DNA of 59,198 nt. Source: an uncultured Candidatus Saccharibacteria bacterium. Its GTDB lineage: Bacteria; Patescibacteriota; Minisyncoccia; Phycocordibacterales; DAORIS01. The position numbers were made by a program, and so were the translations under genes. The notes beneath the pieces are model-generated. The model was given only the letters and a program-made list of their open reading frames with translations, ran no database searches and was not told the origin of the DNA. The stretch is from the NCBI GenBank assembly GCA_964442365.1, contig CAYTZA010000002.1, forward strand, positions 1 through 59,198. The letters are read 5' to 3'. Of the stretch, positions 27,244 to 35,690 are shown one piece after another (positions within the stretch are counted from its first letter, which is position 1; each line of letters opens with the position of its first letter).

Positions 27244-27271
27244 TTGACATGATATGTTCCGCGAGTATAAT
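27244..27271 (+). promoter_or_regulatory. Near-consensus sigma-70 promoter of the sRNA next to DUF3800
   Basis: TTGACA (27244-27249), 16-nt spacer, TATAAT (27266-27271). There is no plus-strand ORF downstream. Confidence 0.65.
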
Positions 27272-27275
27272 TTGT

Positions 27276-27342
27276 GGACTGATTGGCAAGTAGGCGCGAG
27301 CCACGACCCAGTCTAGAAAATAACGGGCTCGTCCCGTTTTTT
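27276..27342 (+). ncRNA. Candidate about 65-nt sRNA convergent with, and 9 nt from, the DUF3800 gene
   Basis: Consensus promoter, then helix UGGACUG/CAGUCUA enclosing GGC-GCGA-GCC (GNRA loop), then terminator ACGGG-CUCGU-CCCGU plus U6 (27323-42). Confidence 0.6.
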
Positions 27343-27350
27343 CGTGCTTA

Positions 27351-28088
27351 TTAAGGAAGTTTGTAGAATGTTTTATTTTGATCTACTGTAATAATTTTAT
27401 TTTTTAGTATGTTGCATATTTCGTATTCATAGGAATTAGCTACACTCATCTGGTCGCCCTCTTTTTGTAGGCATTGTTGTGTAGCAGGCCATGCAAAGAT
27501 ATCTGCCAGTTGTGTTTCGATGTCGTGGTTATTTTTACTAACAAAACTAATTGCGGTTAACATTTTTCTTATTTTTTGTGATGTTAAAGTATTGCATCCA
27601 TGCGATAAATAGTAGATATATCTACGATAGAACTCAATATCTTTACCACCGTTTGATTCCATTATAATTTGCCCTTTCTGATTTTTAATTGTTGTAAGAA
27701 ATGACAAAAATGTTTTTATTATTGTATCAAAAGCAGCAGCTTGTATTTTTTCAGTACCCCACCCTGTTTTTATCGCCTTGTTTTTATCAATAGAAATAAT
27801 GATAATTTTGAAGTGTCCTTGTTCAAGAAATGTGAACAAATCTCTATGAAATTCTTTTTCGATGTTTTGACTGTTGAGTATTGTGAAATCACCTTTTCTT
27901 TTACCTATTTCGGCTGAATGAAATACAATATCTGTACGATTCCAGTATTTAAATTTTATCTGATCCGCCTTAATTTTTAATTGATCTGCTTCGTGTGGTT
28001 TTACGATAATCCCACACAGAGTATAGTTTTTACTATGGTGTTTTAAATCCGCAACCCCACTTTCATCGATGTATAGTTTGTAAGTCAC
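27351..28088 (-). CDS. DUF3800-family protein
   Basis: N-terminal YKLYIDESG and C-terminal ETQLADIFAWPA match DUF3800 hallmarks. GTG start without an obvious SD. Confidence 0.75.
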   Translation of the reverse strand: MTYKLYIDESGVADLKHHSKNYTLCGIIVKPHEADQLKIKADQIKFKYWNRTDIVFHSAEIGKRKGDFTILNSQNIEKEFHRDLFTFLEQGHFKIIIISIDKNKAIKTGWGTEKIQAAAFDTIIKTFLSFLTTIKNQKGQIIMESNGGKDIEFYRRYIYYLSHGCNTLTSQKIRKMLTAISFVSKNNHDIETQLADIFAWPATQQCLQKEGDQMSVANSYEYEICNILKNKIITVDQNKTFYKLP

Positions 28089-28155
28089 CAGGAGTAGTAT
28101 GACTCACTGTGGTTAAACTTTTCGATAAGTTGAAATAAAAAAACGTTAAAACTTA

Positions 28156-29700
28156 CTACTCCTTTGGGCTTTCTTGAGAGAAACTTTTTTGTTCGAGATC
28201 TGTTGGTAATTCGATATAGAATTGTGAACCCTTTCCTTTTCCTTCTGACTCTACCCAGACACGTCCATGATGAGCTTCTACCATTTGGCGGACGATATAG
28301 AGACCGAGGCCTGTACCAGTAGCGTTGACTGCATGTGCATCGTCTGCTCGACTGAAACGCTGGAATAGTTTTGCTTTTGTGGCTTCGTCTACTCCAACAC
28401 CAGTATCGACGATTGATATGAGAACCTTATTGTCCGTTTTATGCTCAATACTAACGACTATAGAGCCTTTAGGGGTGTATTTTATAGCATTGTCCACTAG
28501 ATTACCTACCACTTGTTTAATCTTACCAGCGTCAACTGACACAGAGCACAGATCATCTGGATTTTTAGGTGCAAAAGTAAGAGTGAGTTCTTTTCCGATA
28601 AGGTTTGGTTGTAATTCAGCAACAAGTTGTTTGATTGTTGGTGTAAGGTCAATCGGTGCAAAATCGTATTTCATTTTGCCAAGTTCTATACGAGATATAT
28701 CAAGATAATCTCCGACTACGCCTACTAGATTGTGTGCTGATTTGTACATAATCTGTGCAGCCTCTTTTACTTTATCTGGTATTTCTCCGTATTCACCCTC
28801 GAGTATGAGCGAGGCATAACCTTTGATGGCTGTAAGTGGTGCGCGGATTTGATGTGTGGCAAAGGATACGAATTTAGTTTTATCATCGTTTGATTTTTCA
28901 AGAAATTTCGCGTATCTTCTCCATGCATAGATAAGTACAATAGTAAGAATCGATATGATAGATGTCAGGAATACGATAAATATTATAAAGGGTCTTAGGG
29001 TTTGAGTAGTTATTGTAAAAAAATCGTCAGCTTTAATGTCTGTCGCAAGTATTGCAACCACGTTGTCGTTCTCGTCTTTTATTGGGGCATAGCCTGTAAT
29101 AACGGTTCCGTATTCATCTGTATATAGATCTTTACTAGTTAAAGGGCCATTGTAAGCTTCAAAGGCTTCAGGAATATCTACAGCTTCGGGATATGGTTGT
29201 CCAGGCCACTGAAGCTTGTCTGGTCCATCTGGTTCTATCTTCCCATCACGATTCACGTCAACATATCGAGACGGATCTCCACTTGTGTTTGCATTGGGAT
29301 CAATAGAGTCAGCATCTGCAACAAATTCCATTTGAGTTGGGTCATCTTTTGTTTTTCGAAAGATGTACATAAAAACAATGTCGTCATTACTATACTTTGC
29401 CTTATGGAGTCTATTAACAACCATTGCCCATTCTGGTTTTTGCCAGTCTTCTTCGGTTTGAAGTGCAGAAAGGTTTGAAGGACTTATGTTTGCAGCTGCT
29501 GTAATAGAAATAGTTAAAATCCTTTCTCGAAGATTATCTGTAAGAAGATTAACTGTTCTTTGATAAAGTATTTGAGAAGAAAATATGATGATAGTAATTG
29601 AAATAAGTAAAATTACAATACCAATCCAAATAGGACCTTTTATTTTTATAAGTATTTTTTTAATAGGTTTTATCATATAAAGTATTTTTATATTATACAT
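28156..29700 (-). CDS. Sensor histidine kinase (TM - Cache-like extracytoplasmic domain - TM - HisKA - HATPase), no cognate response regulator nearby
   Basis: H-box FATHQIRAPLTAIKGY, N-box DNAIKYTPKG, DTGVGV, GTGLGLYI. ATG 29700 overlaps the upstream stop by 8 nt (alternative ATG 29676). Confidence 0.9.
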   Translation of the reverse strand: MYNIKILYMIKPIKKILIKIKGPIWIGIVILLISITIIIFSSQILYQRTVNLLTDNLRERILTISITAAANISPSNLSALQTEEDWQKPEWAMVVNRLHKAKYSNDDIVFMYIFRKTKDDPTQMEFVADADSIDPNANTSGDPSRYVDVNRDGKIEPDGPDKLQWPGQPYPEAVDIPEAFEAYNGPLTSKDLYTDEYGTVITGYAPIKDENDNVVAILATDIKADDFFTITTQTLRPFIIFIVFLTSIISILTIVLIYAWRRYAKFLEKSNDDKTKFVSFATHQIRAPLTAIKGYASLILEGEYGEIPDKVKEAAQIMYKSAHNLVGVVGDYLDISRIELGKMKYDFAPIDLTPTIKQLVAELQPNLIGKELTLTFAPKNPDDLCSVSVDAGKIKQVVGNLVDNAIKYTPKGSIVVSIEHKTDNKVLISIVDTGVGVDEATKAKLFQRFSRADDAHAVNATGTGLGLYIVRQMVEAHHGRVWVESEGKGKGSQFYIELPTDLEQKSFSQESPKE

Positions 29701-31540
29701 CTAAAAGATTATCTAGAGTACCCTCTGGTATTTCCCAAAGAAACGTTGCAAGTCTTGGTCCTGAGTCTTTTCCAAATAGAAGTTGATAGATTTGTTTAAA
29801 AAAGTGTAGTTGTTTTGTGCTATTTTCTGTTTCTGTTGCCCCAGATATTTTTGGTATGGCGTAGAGTAAAGAAAAAAAGTCGTCAGAAGACATTGTAGAT
29901 TTACGACCCAATAATTCCTTGAGAGAGTGAATAAGTTGTATATCTTTAGTTTTTAGTGTTGTGATAAACTCTGCATTCGGTTCATTCAAAAGATAATACG
30001 TATTACGCTCGTCAACTTTTGCATATCGTAAACCCTCCGTTGTTTTTATTGAACTTAAATCAAAATAAGCTTGAGCATTTGTTTTGGTGAAGGGGTCTTG
30101 TTTGTTGATCTTGGGTGAGCGAAGCCTTAAGAGTTTTTCTACATTTTTATTTTCAATTTCAGTAAAATCTTTAACAGATATTTTTGTATCAGTTTTAGAT
30201 GTTTTTTGTTGAAGTAGTGGTTTTGCAACATGCTCAAAAATATCACGTTGTGGCAAGGTTGGTTTGGCAATAATTTTACCATCTATACTGATACTGGATG
30301 CTCCATGACCGTATCCTCCGTATGGTTGTACACCCCTTTCTATACCTTGGGCGTGTAGATGAGTATTGTGAATAAAAGTATCTGTATGGTGAAGTATTTT
30401 ACCATCAATAGTTTTCCCAATAAGTTTTTTTATGTAAGCACTTTCACCGTAAAGAGTAATATACATAGCATTTTGAGCATATTCTTTATTTTCAAAATAT
30501 AGATTCAAATCGGTATCCTTTTTGTATGATTGAATAAATAAAATAGGAGCAAATGATTCTTCATAGTTTCCTCCTTTATCTAAAGGTTTACATATAACAG
30601 TTGGTTCGACTATGGCTTCGGCCGTACGAACAATACCACCCGTGTTCTTATCAAGCCATTCACGATTATCAACAATAATAGTTTCAATGTATTTTAAATC
30701 GTCAGGATCACTAATGGGTCCTATTTTACAAGAACGATCGCTGTATGGTCCTACTCTAATCTTTGAAAGATTTTCATGAAGAAGTGTCATAAATTGTTCG
30801 TAAATATCACACTGAACAAGAATGGAGTTTGGTGCAGCACAGTCCTGACCTTGATTGTAAAGTGATAATTTAAGAACGGCTTCTACGGCTTTGGATATAT
30901 TGGCTTCTTTGCTTACTACCACAGGATTATGACCAGATCCGTTTGAAATAAATAACGTTCTTTTGTCAAAAACTAGTCTTAATTGATCTGCGTGTACAGA
31001 TGTGCCAGTAAAAATCACCGCCTCTGTTGCGGGCTTACTTTCACCCGTTTTTGGATTTATAAGAAGAGCCGAGCGCTCTCTTAAAAAGTCTATACGTTCT
31101 TTGGTAGAAACAGTAATATTTGGAAATAAGGTAAAAATATTTAAAAGTTTTAGTACCTCAGGAAAAAAAACTCTCATTCCTCGTGGAATACGAAAATGTA
31201 CTTCACTTGCCATAAGTGAAGGTACAATAACGAAACAAGAAAAAGCATATAGTGGTTGATTCCTAGGTAAGAAAGCAGCAACTGCACCTATGCGTAGTTG
31301 AAAATATTCCTCGTTTTCTTTTAAATTTCTCAGTAGATCGAGCGTACGCTCTATTTCATCCGTGGCTACTTCGTAACTTTCATATGATAATAATATATTA
31401 ATCAAATCTTCTTTATTAGATTCAATAGTATCTGCTAATTGTGTGGCTTGTTTATCAATAACATTGAAATCAAGTGACGTATACGGAGCGCAGTTTGTGA
31501 TGGGCTTATGAATTGACTTAAATATGTCTGTAATTTTCAT
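29693..31540 (-). CDS. Aldehyde-dehydrogenase-superfamily enzyme fused to a class I LysRS-like C-terminal domain
   Basis: ALDH motifs: PRNQPLY, IFTGTSVHA, LYNQGQDCAAPN (catalytic Cys), EESFAPIL, QPYGGYGHGASS. The C-terminus LHFFKQIYQLLFGKDSGPRLATFLWEI resembles the class I lysyl-tRNA synthetase C-terminal signature. ATG 31540 (alternative TTG 31558). Confidence 0.7.
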   Translation of the reverse strand: MKITDIFKSIHKPITNCAPYTSLDFNVIDKQATQLADTIESNKEDLINILLSYESYEVATDEIERTLDLLRNLKENEEYFQLRIGAVAAFLPRNQPLYAFSCFVIVPSLMASEVHFRIPRGMRVFFPEVLKLLNIFTLFPNITVSTKERIDFLRERSALLINPKTGESKPATEAVIFTGTSVHADQLRLVFDKRTLFISNGSGHNPVVVSKEANISKAVEAVLKLSLYNQGQDCAAPNSILVQCDIYEQFMTLLHENLSKIRVGPYSDRSCKIGPISDPDDLKYIETIIVDNREWLDKNTGGIVRTAEAIVEPTVICKPLDKGGNYEESFAPILFIQSYKKDTDLNLYFENKEYAQNAMYITLYGESAYIKKLIGKTIDGKILHHTDTFIHNTHLHAQGIERGVQPYGGYGHGASSISIDGKIIAKPTLPQRDIFEHVAKPLLQQKTSKTDTKISVKDFTEIENKNVEKLLRLRSPKINKQDPFTKTNAQAYFDLSSIKTTEGLRYAKVDERNTYYLLNEPNAEFITTLKTKDIQLIHSLKELLGRKSTMSSDDFFSLLYAIPKISGATETENSTKQLHFFKQIYQLLFGKDSGPRLATFLWEIPEGTLDNLLDV

Positions 31541-31560
31541 TGATAGATATTCCCCCAAGC

Positions 31561-31899
31561 TTATTTATGAAAATGCATCAAAACAATTCCTGTAATTGCT
31601 AAAGCCATTCCAGAATACTGATATACAGAGACAGTACTCCATTCACGGAATACAAAAAGCCCTATTAATATTGTGCTTATTGTTAATAATGAGTCAATTG
31701 TTGCTGAACTTCCAGCCAAACCTATTTTTGATGCCACTAAACCAAAAGTAATAAAAACAATTGGAGAAATAATTAATAAAATTAATAACCAGATTGTAAA
31801 CTTGCTTTCTTTACCCGCCCAAATTGCACTAACAGAATTTGCTGCAACAGCAACAGCAACGGAGATAATAATATAAAACCACATATCAAATTTACTCAT
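31561..31899 (-). CDS. Small 4-TM membrane protein (SMR/EamA-half, ArnE/F-like)
   Basis: 112 aa, four hydrophobic segments, ATG 31899. The stop lies immediately upstream of the ALDH-fusion gene. Confidence 0.65.
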   Translation of the reverse strand: MSKFDMWFYIIISVAVAVAANSVSAIWAGKESKFTIWLLILLIISPIVFITFGLVASKIGLAGSSATIDSLLTISTILIGLFVFREWSTVSVYQYSGMALAITGIVLMHFHK

Positions 31900-32032
31900 A
31901 GTAGTATTATTATAAACATAACATGACGTGGTAATACTATCAATGCTACTAATACCCACCTTTATACCAACTTTATTATTTCTTTAATATATCTATTTGT
32001 TATAATTTATTCCTTTCCCTTTTTATAATCAA

Positions 32033-32536
32033 ATGCAAAAAATAGTATATATAATTCCTGGCCTCGGAGAAACATGCCGTTCAAAACGGTATAAAATGCT
32101 TGGACAATCTATCGAAGAAAAAGGATATACAGCGGTGTATTGTAATCCTGATTGGTATCAGACGGTTTCTTCTCAAATATTTAAACCAGAAAAAGATTCT
32201 ATCATTATTGGTTTTTCTTTTGGGGCTGTGATCGCCTACCTCATAGCTCGTAAATTTAAATTCAAAAAAGTTATATTCGCTAGCCTCTCTCCCTTAAAGA
32301 TGATCACGCATAAAGAATTATTAGAAGAATACCGAAAACATATGTCACTCAAGGAAGCAAAAATACTTACAGACGATGTGTTGTCTATAAAAATCAATTT
32401 AAATAAACTAAAAACAAAATACGTAGCCTTAAAAGGAAGTCGCGAGGAAAAAGAAATATTAGCAGATTATATAGTACAAGGTGTCGGACACAGACTTGAT
32501 GCTAATTATATTGAGAGTGTTATCAAATTAATATAG
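32033..32536 (+). CDS. Small alpha/beta-hydrolase-fold serine hydrolase
   Basis: Nucleophile elbow GFSFGA and C-terminal GVGHRL. Confidence 0.65.
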   Translation: MQKIVYIIPGLGETCRSKRYKMLGQSIEEKGYTAVYCNPDWYQTVSSQIFKPEKDSIIIGFSFGAVIAYLIARKFKFKKVIFASLSPLKMITHKELLEEYRKHMSLKEAKILTDDVLSIKINLNKLKTKYVALKGSREEKEILADYIVQGVGHRLDANYIESVIKLI

Positions 32537-32564
32537 AAACAATAACCATTTTACATACTAATTA

Positions 32565-33065
32565 TTATTTTACTTTAGAATAAAATACAACTTTCATCTC
32601 CATAGCTCGTGTCATAATTCTATCCCCTATTTCACCCCAATCAAAATACTTCTTGTATTCTTTTGGATCAATCAATACGATTTCCATGATTTCACCATCA
32701 GGATCTTCAACAAAATCACCATAGGGTTCAACGATACAAAAACTTCGTATCTGTCTAACAGTTCTCTCTGGCTCGTAGGCATCTTGAAAACCAATAAGTT
32801 CTTGGTGCAAGACTTTCATATTTGTTTCTTCTTTTACTTCCCTAACGATAGCTTCTTCATACGTTTCTCCGGCTTCTATACCTCCTCCAGCTGGTATCCA
32901 ACCAGATTTTGGGTGTTTAACTAATACAAGTTTGTCACCATAAAAACAAAAAGCGTGTACACCCTGTAATACTTTATCGTCCATATCTACATGTGGGTCA
33001 CCTTCTGAGTATATAAAATCAATGGTTCGTCCTAATCGATCTGTGTGTTGAGTTTTAAGTTGCAT
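32565..33065 (-). CDS. NUDIX hydrolase
   Basis: Nudix box GGGIEAGETYEEAIVREVKEETN. ATG 33065. Confidence 0.88.
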   Translation of the reverse strand: MQLKTQHTDRLGRTIDFIYSEGDPHVDMDDKVLQGVHAFCFYGDKLVLVKHPKSGWIPAGGGIEAGETYEEAIVREVKEETNMKVLHQELIGFQDAYEPERTVRQIRSFCIVEPYGDFVEDPDGEIMEIVLIDPKEYKKYFDWGEIGDRIMTRAMEMKVVFYSKVK

Positions 33066-33088
33066 ATTTCTTATGGTAATATTATTCT

Positions 33089-33487
33089 GTGGAAAATCAA
33101 TCAAATCAAGATCTTAGCGTAAATACTTTGCTAGAGGGTCAAATAACTCAAGCGACAAACCAAACACCAAAACCAGTTTTGCAAAAATTTAAATTAACAA
33201 TTTTAATTTTTAGTATTTGTAGTTATTTTTTATTACCATACCTGTTTATTTTCTTTTTTTTCATGCTAGCATTTAATGATACTGGACAAAGTATTATTTC
33301 GGTGTTTTTTGTATTTATAAAAATAATTGCAATATATCTTTTCCCGTTTATTTTGATGCTCATTGTACCTGCATTGTTTATTGATCTAAAAATGAGAGAG
33401 TCTGGTCTTATAAAGAAAATAGCTGTATTTATCGCTTTAGGATTTATTACTCTTTATGTTGTTTTTAAAATACTAGGTATTGAGTAA
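33089..33487 (+). CDS. Hypothetical membrane protein (3-4 TM)
   Basis: GTG start with a hydrophobic C-terminal two-thirds. No family recognised. Confidence 0.5.
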   Translation: MENQSNQDLSVNTLLEGQITQATNQTPKPVLQKFKLTILIFSICSYFLLPYLFIFFFFMLAFNDTGQSIISVFFVFIKIIAIYLFPFILMLIVPALFIDLKMRESGLIKKIAVFIALGFITLYVVFKILGIE

Positions 33488-33578
33488 GGATTAATAAAAA
33501 CAGTTCTAATTTGATGTTTGTATATCATACAAACAAAAAAGCCGCTCCATGGTGGAGACAGCTTTGGTTTTGGTGTGT

Positions 33579-33848
33579 TTATGTAGGTACTTTGTAATAT
33601 CCTTGTAACAGTTCGATTTCTTTTTCAGAGAACTCGTATTTGTATCCTACTGTAACAGATGCGAAATAGTTTTCTGAAGTTTCAAGTGTATCAATTACGT
33701 ACATGCCGGTTTTTCCACCATCTCCTACTAATCTTTCTATTGCTTTGGTTTGACGTACTAGATTTTCGAGTTCGGCTCTTTCTTCTTTGTTTAAAGAATA
33801 AAAAACATAGATTCTTCTACGATTTATTTTAACTTCAAAATCACGCAT
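33579..33848 (-). CDS. Hypothetical small protein (89 aa)
   Basis: ATG 33848 with GGTGAT upstream. A terminator hairpin plus T-run lies downstream (33540-33575). Confidence 0.55.
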   Translation of the reverse strand: MRDFEVKINRRRIYVFYSLNKEERAELENLVRQTKAIERLVGDGGKTGMYVIDTLETSENYFASVTVGYKYEFSEKEIELLQGYYKVPT

Positions 33849-34051
33849 AGCATCACCTTTCTTAAAGAACAAAAAACACCTCCACGAGAGATGTCCGATG
33901 TTTGTTGGTTTTTTATTGAGATACTAACAATACAAATAGAAACAATCTTCGTGTTTACTTAGATTGTTGAGTCGCCAGCTATTTTGTTGAACTGACTTGA
34001 TGTTCATAAATTAATTTTAGTATGTTTTTATTGTTTACGCAAATCACAAAA

Positions 34052-35689
34052 CTATTTCTTTCTAAAAAGCTTGTTTATGAATTTTGTGCCGGATGAGAGT
34101 TTTTTACTTTTTTCTGGAGTGGCGACAGGAGTCTTTTTATTGGAAACATCTTCGTTTTTCATAAGTGGAAAGAGTACAACATCACGAAGATTCTTCTGAC
34201 CAGTAAAGAGAGTTACAAGGCGTTCTATACCCATACCAAAGCCCGTAACCGGTGGCATACCGTGTTCCATGGCTGTGAGATACTCTTCATTGACCTCCAT
34301 AGCTTCAACATCACCCTCTTTCTTTGCTTTAGCCTGATCCTCAAAAGCTTTACGTTGTTTGATTGGGTCTACAAGCTCAGAATATCCCTTCACGATTTCC
34401 CAACCAGATACGAGAAGTTGATAGCTCTCAGCAATACGTGGATCTTCGTCTAGAGTGCGAGCAAGTGGTACAAGATCTGCTGGATAGTGTGTGACAAATA
34501 TTGGTTCTACAAGTGTAGGTCGTATAGTCTTTTTATATATCTCGTCTAGAATATTGGCACGACTACGTTTTTCTAGTTCCTCAACTCGGAGGCCAAATTC
34601 TTTCGCTTGCGCGAGCAAAGTCTTCTTATCTGCAAACATATCGACACCTTTAGTTTTTAGAAGTTCAGCAAAGGTAACTCTCTTAAATGGTTTTGATATA
34701 TCAATATCATGGGCTTTGTCTTCTTTGTCATAAACAGTAAATACAGTTTTGCCTGTGGCTTTAGTCAAAACGTCGCGAAGCATTTCCTCTGTCCACTTCA
34801 TACCTGTTTCGAAGTTTTCATAGGCGCAGTACCATTCGAGCATTTGAAATTCTTGAAGATGACTTGGATCAATACCTTCGTTACGAAAGTTGATTGCAAA
34901 TTCAAAGACACGTTCAAAACCTCCGGCTATAGCCATTTTGAGATCAAGTTCTGGAGCAATACGAAGTGTAAAAGAAGTGTCTAAAGCTCGATGGTGAGTC
35001 TTAAATGTTTCTGCCATAGCACCACCAGCTTGGGGTTGGAGTGTACGTGTTTGTATTTCAAGGAAATCTTTTTTTAAAAGATACTCTCTAAGACCTTGAA
35101 CAATCTTTGAGCGAGTCACGAAACGTTCAAATGTTTCTTTATTTGCGACAAGATCAAGATATCTTTGACGGTAGCGAATCTCTACATCTGAAAGACCGTG
35201 AAATTTGTCTGGTAAAGGTCGTAGTGTTTTACTAAGAAAACTAAAATCAGCACAAAGAAGTGCTAACTTGCCCTGTTTGGTTATAAAGGGTTCACCAGAT
35301 ACACCAATAAAGTCTCCGAGATTTACGAGGGTGATAATCTGAGCAAATTTTTCTGTTCCAAGAACATCTTGTTTGAAACAAATTTGTAATTCTCCTGAAG
35401 CATCTTGAATATTGGCAAAAGCAATCTTACCGTGTTCACGAAAAGCCATAATACGTCCGGCTACAGAGATATTTTTAGTGGCTCCGGCAAAAACCTCGTC
35501 AGCAGAGCGTGGAGTATTTTTTTCTACAAAATCTATCACCTCGCGAGTACTCCGATTACGTTCAAAACGTCCAGCATATGGTTTCCAGCCAGCTTTTTGT
35601 ATATCATTAACCATACCAATACGAACTAATCTTTCATGATGGTCACTCTGCACTTCTGCAGGTTTTTGTGTATTTTCTGTCTTTGCCAT
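34052..35689 (-). CDS. lysS: Lysyl-tRNA synthetase, class II, with a basic C-terminal tail
   Basis: OB-fold N-domain plus class II motifs (FRNEGID..., GMGIERL). About 35 extra Lys-rich residues at the C-terminus. Confidence 0.95.
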   Translation of the reverse strand: MAKTENTQKPAEVQSDHHERLVRIGMVNDIQKAGWKPYAGRFERNRSTREVIDFVEKNTPRSADEVFAGATKNISVAGRIMAFREHGKIAFANIQDASGELQICFKQDVLGTEKFAQIITLVNLGDFIGVSGEPFITKQGKLALLCADFSFLSKTLRPLPDKFHGLSDVEIRYRQRYLDLVANKETFERFVTRSKIVQGLREYLLKKDFLEIQTRTLQPQAGGAMAETFKTHHRALDTSFTLRIAPELDLKMAIAGGFERVFEFAINFRNEGIDPSHLQEFQMLEWYCAYENFETGMKWTEEMLRDVLTKATGKTVFTVYDKEDKAHDIDISKPFKRVTFAELLKTKGVDMFADKKTLLAQAKEFGLRVEELEKRSRANILDEIYKKTIRPTLVEPIFVTHYPADLVPLARTLDEDPRIAESYQLLVSGWEIVKGYSELVDPIKQRKAFEDQAKAKKEGDVEAMEVNEEYLTAMEHGMPPVTGFGMGIERLVTLFTGQKNLRDVVLFPLMKNEDVSNKKTPVATPEKSKKLSSGTKFINKLFRKK

Positions 35690-35690
35690 A

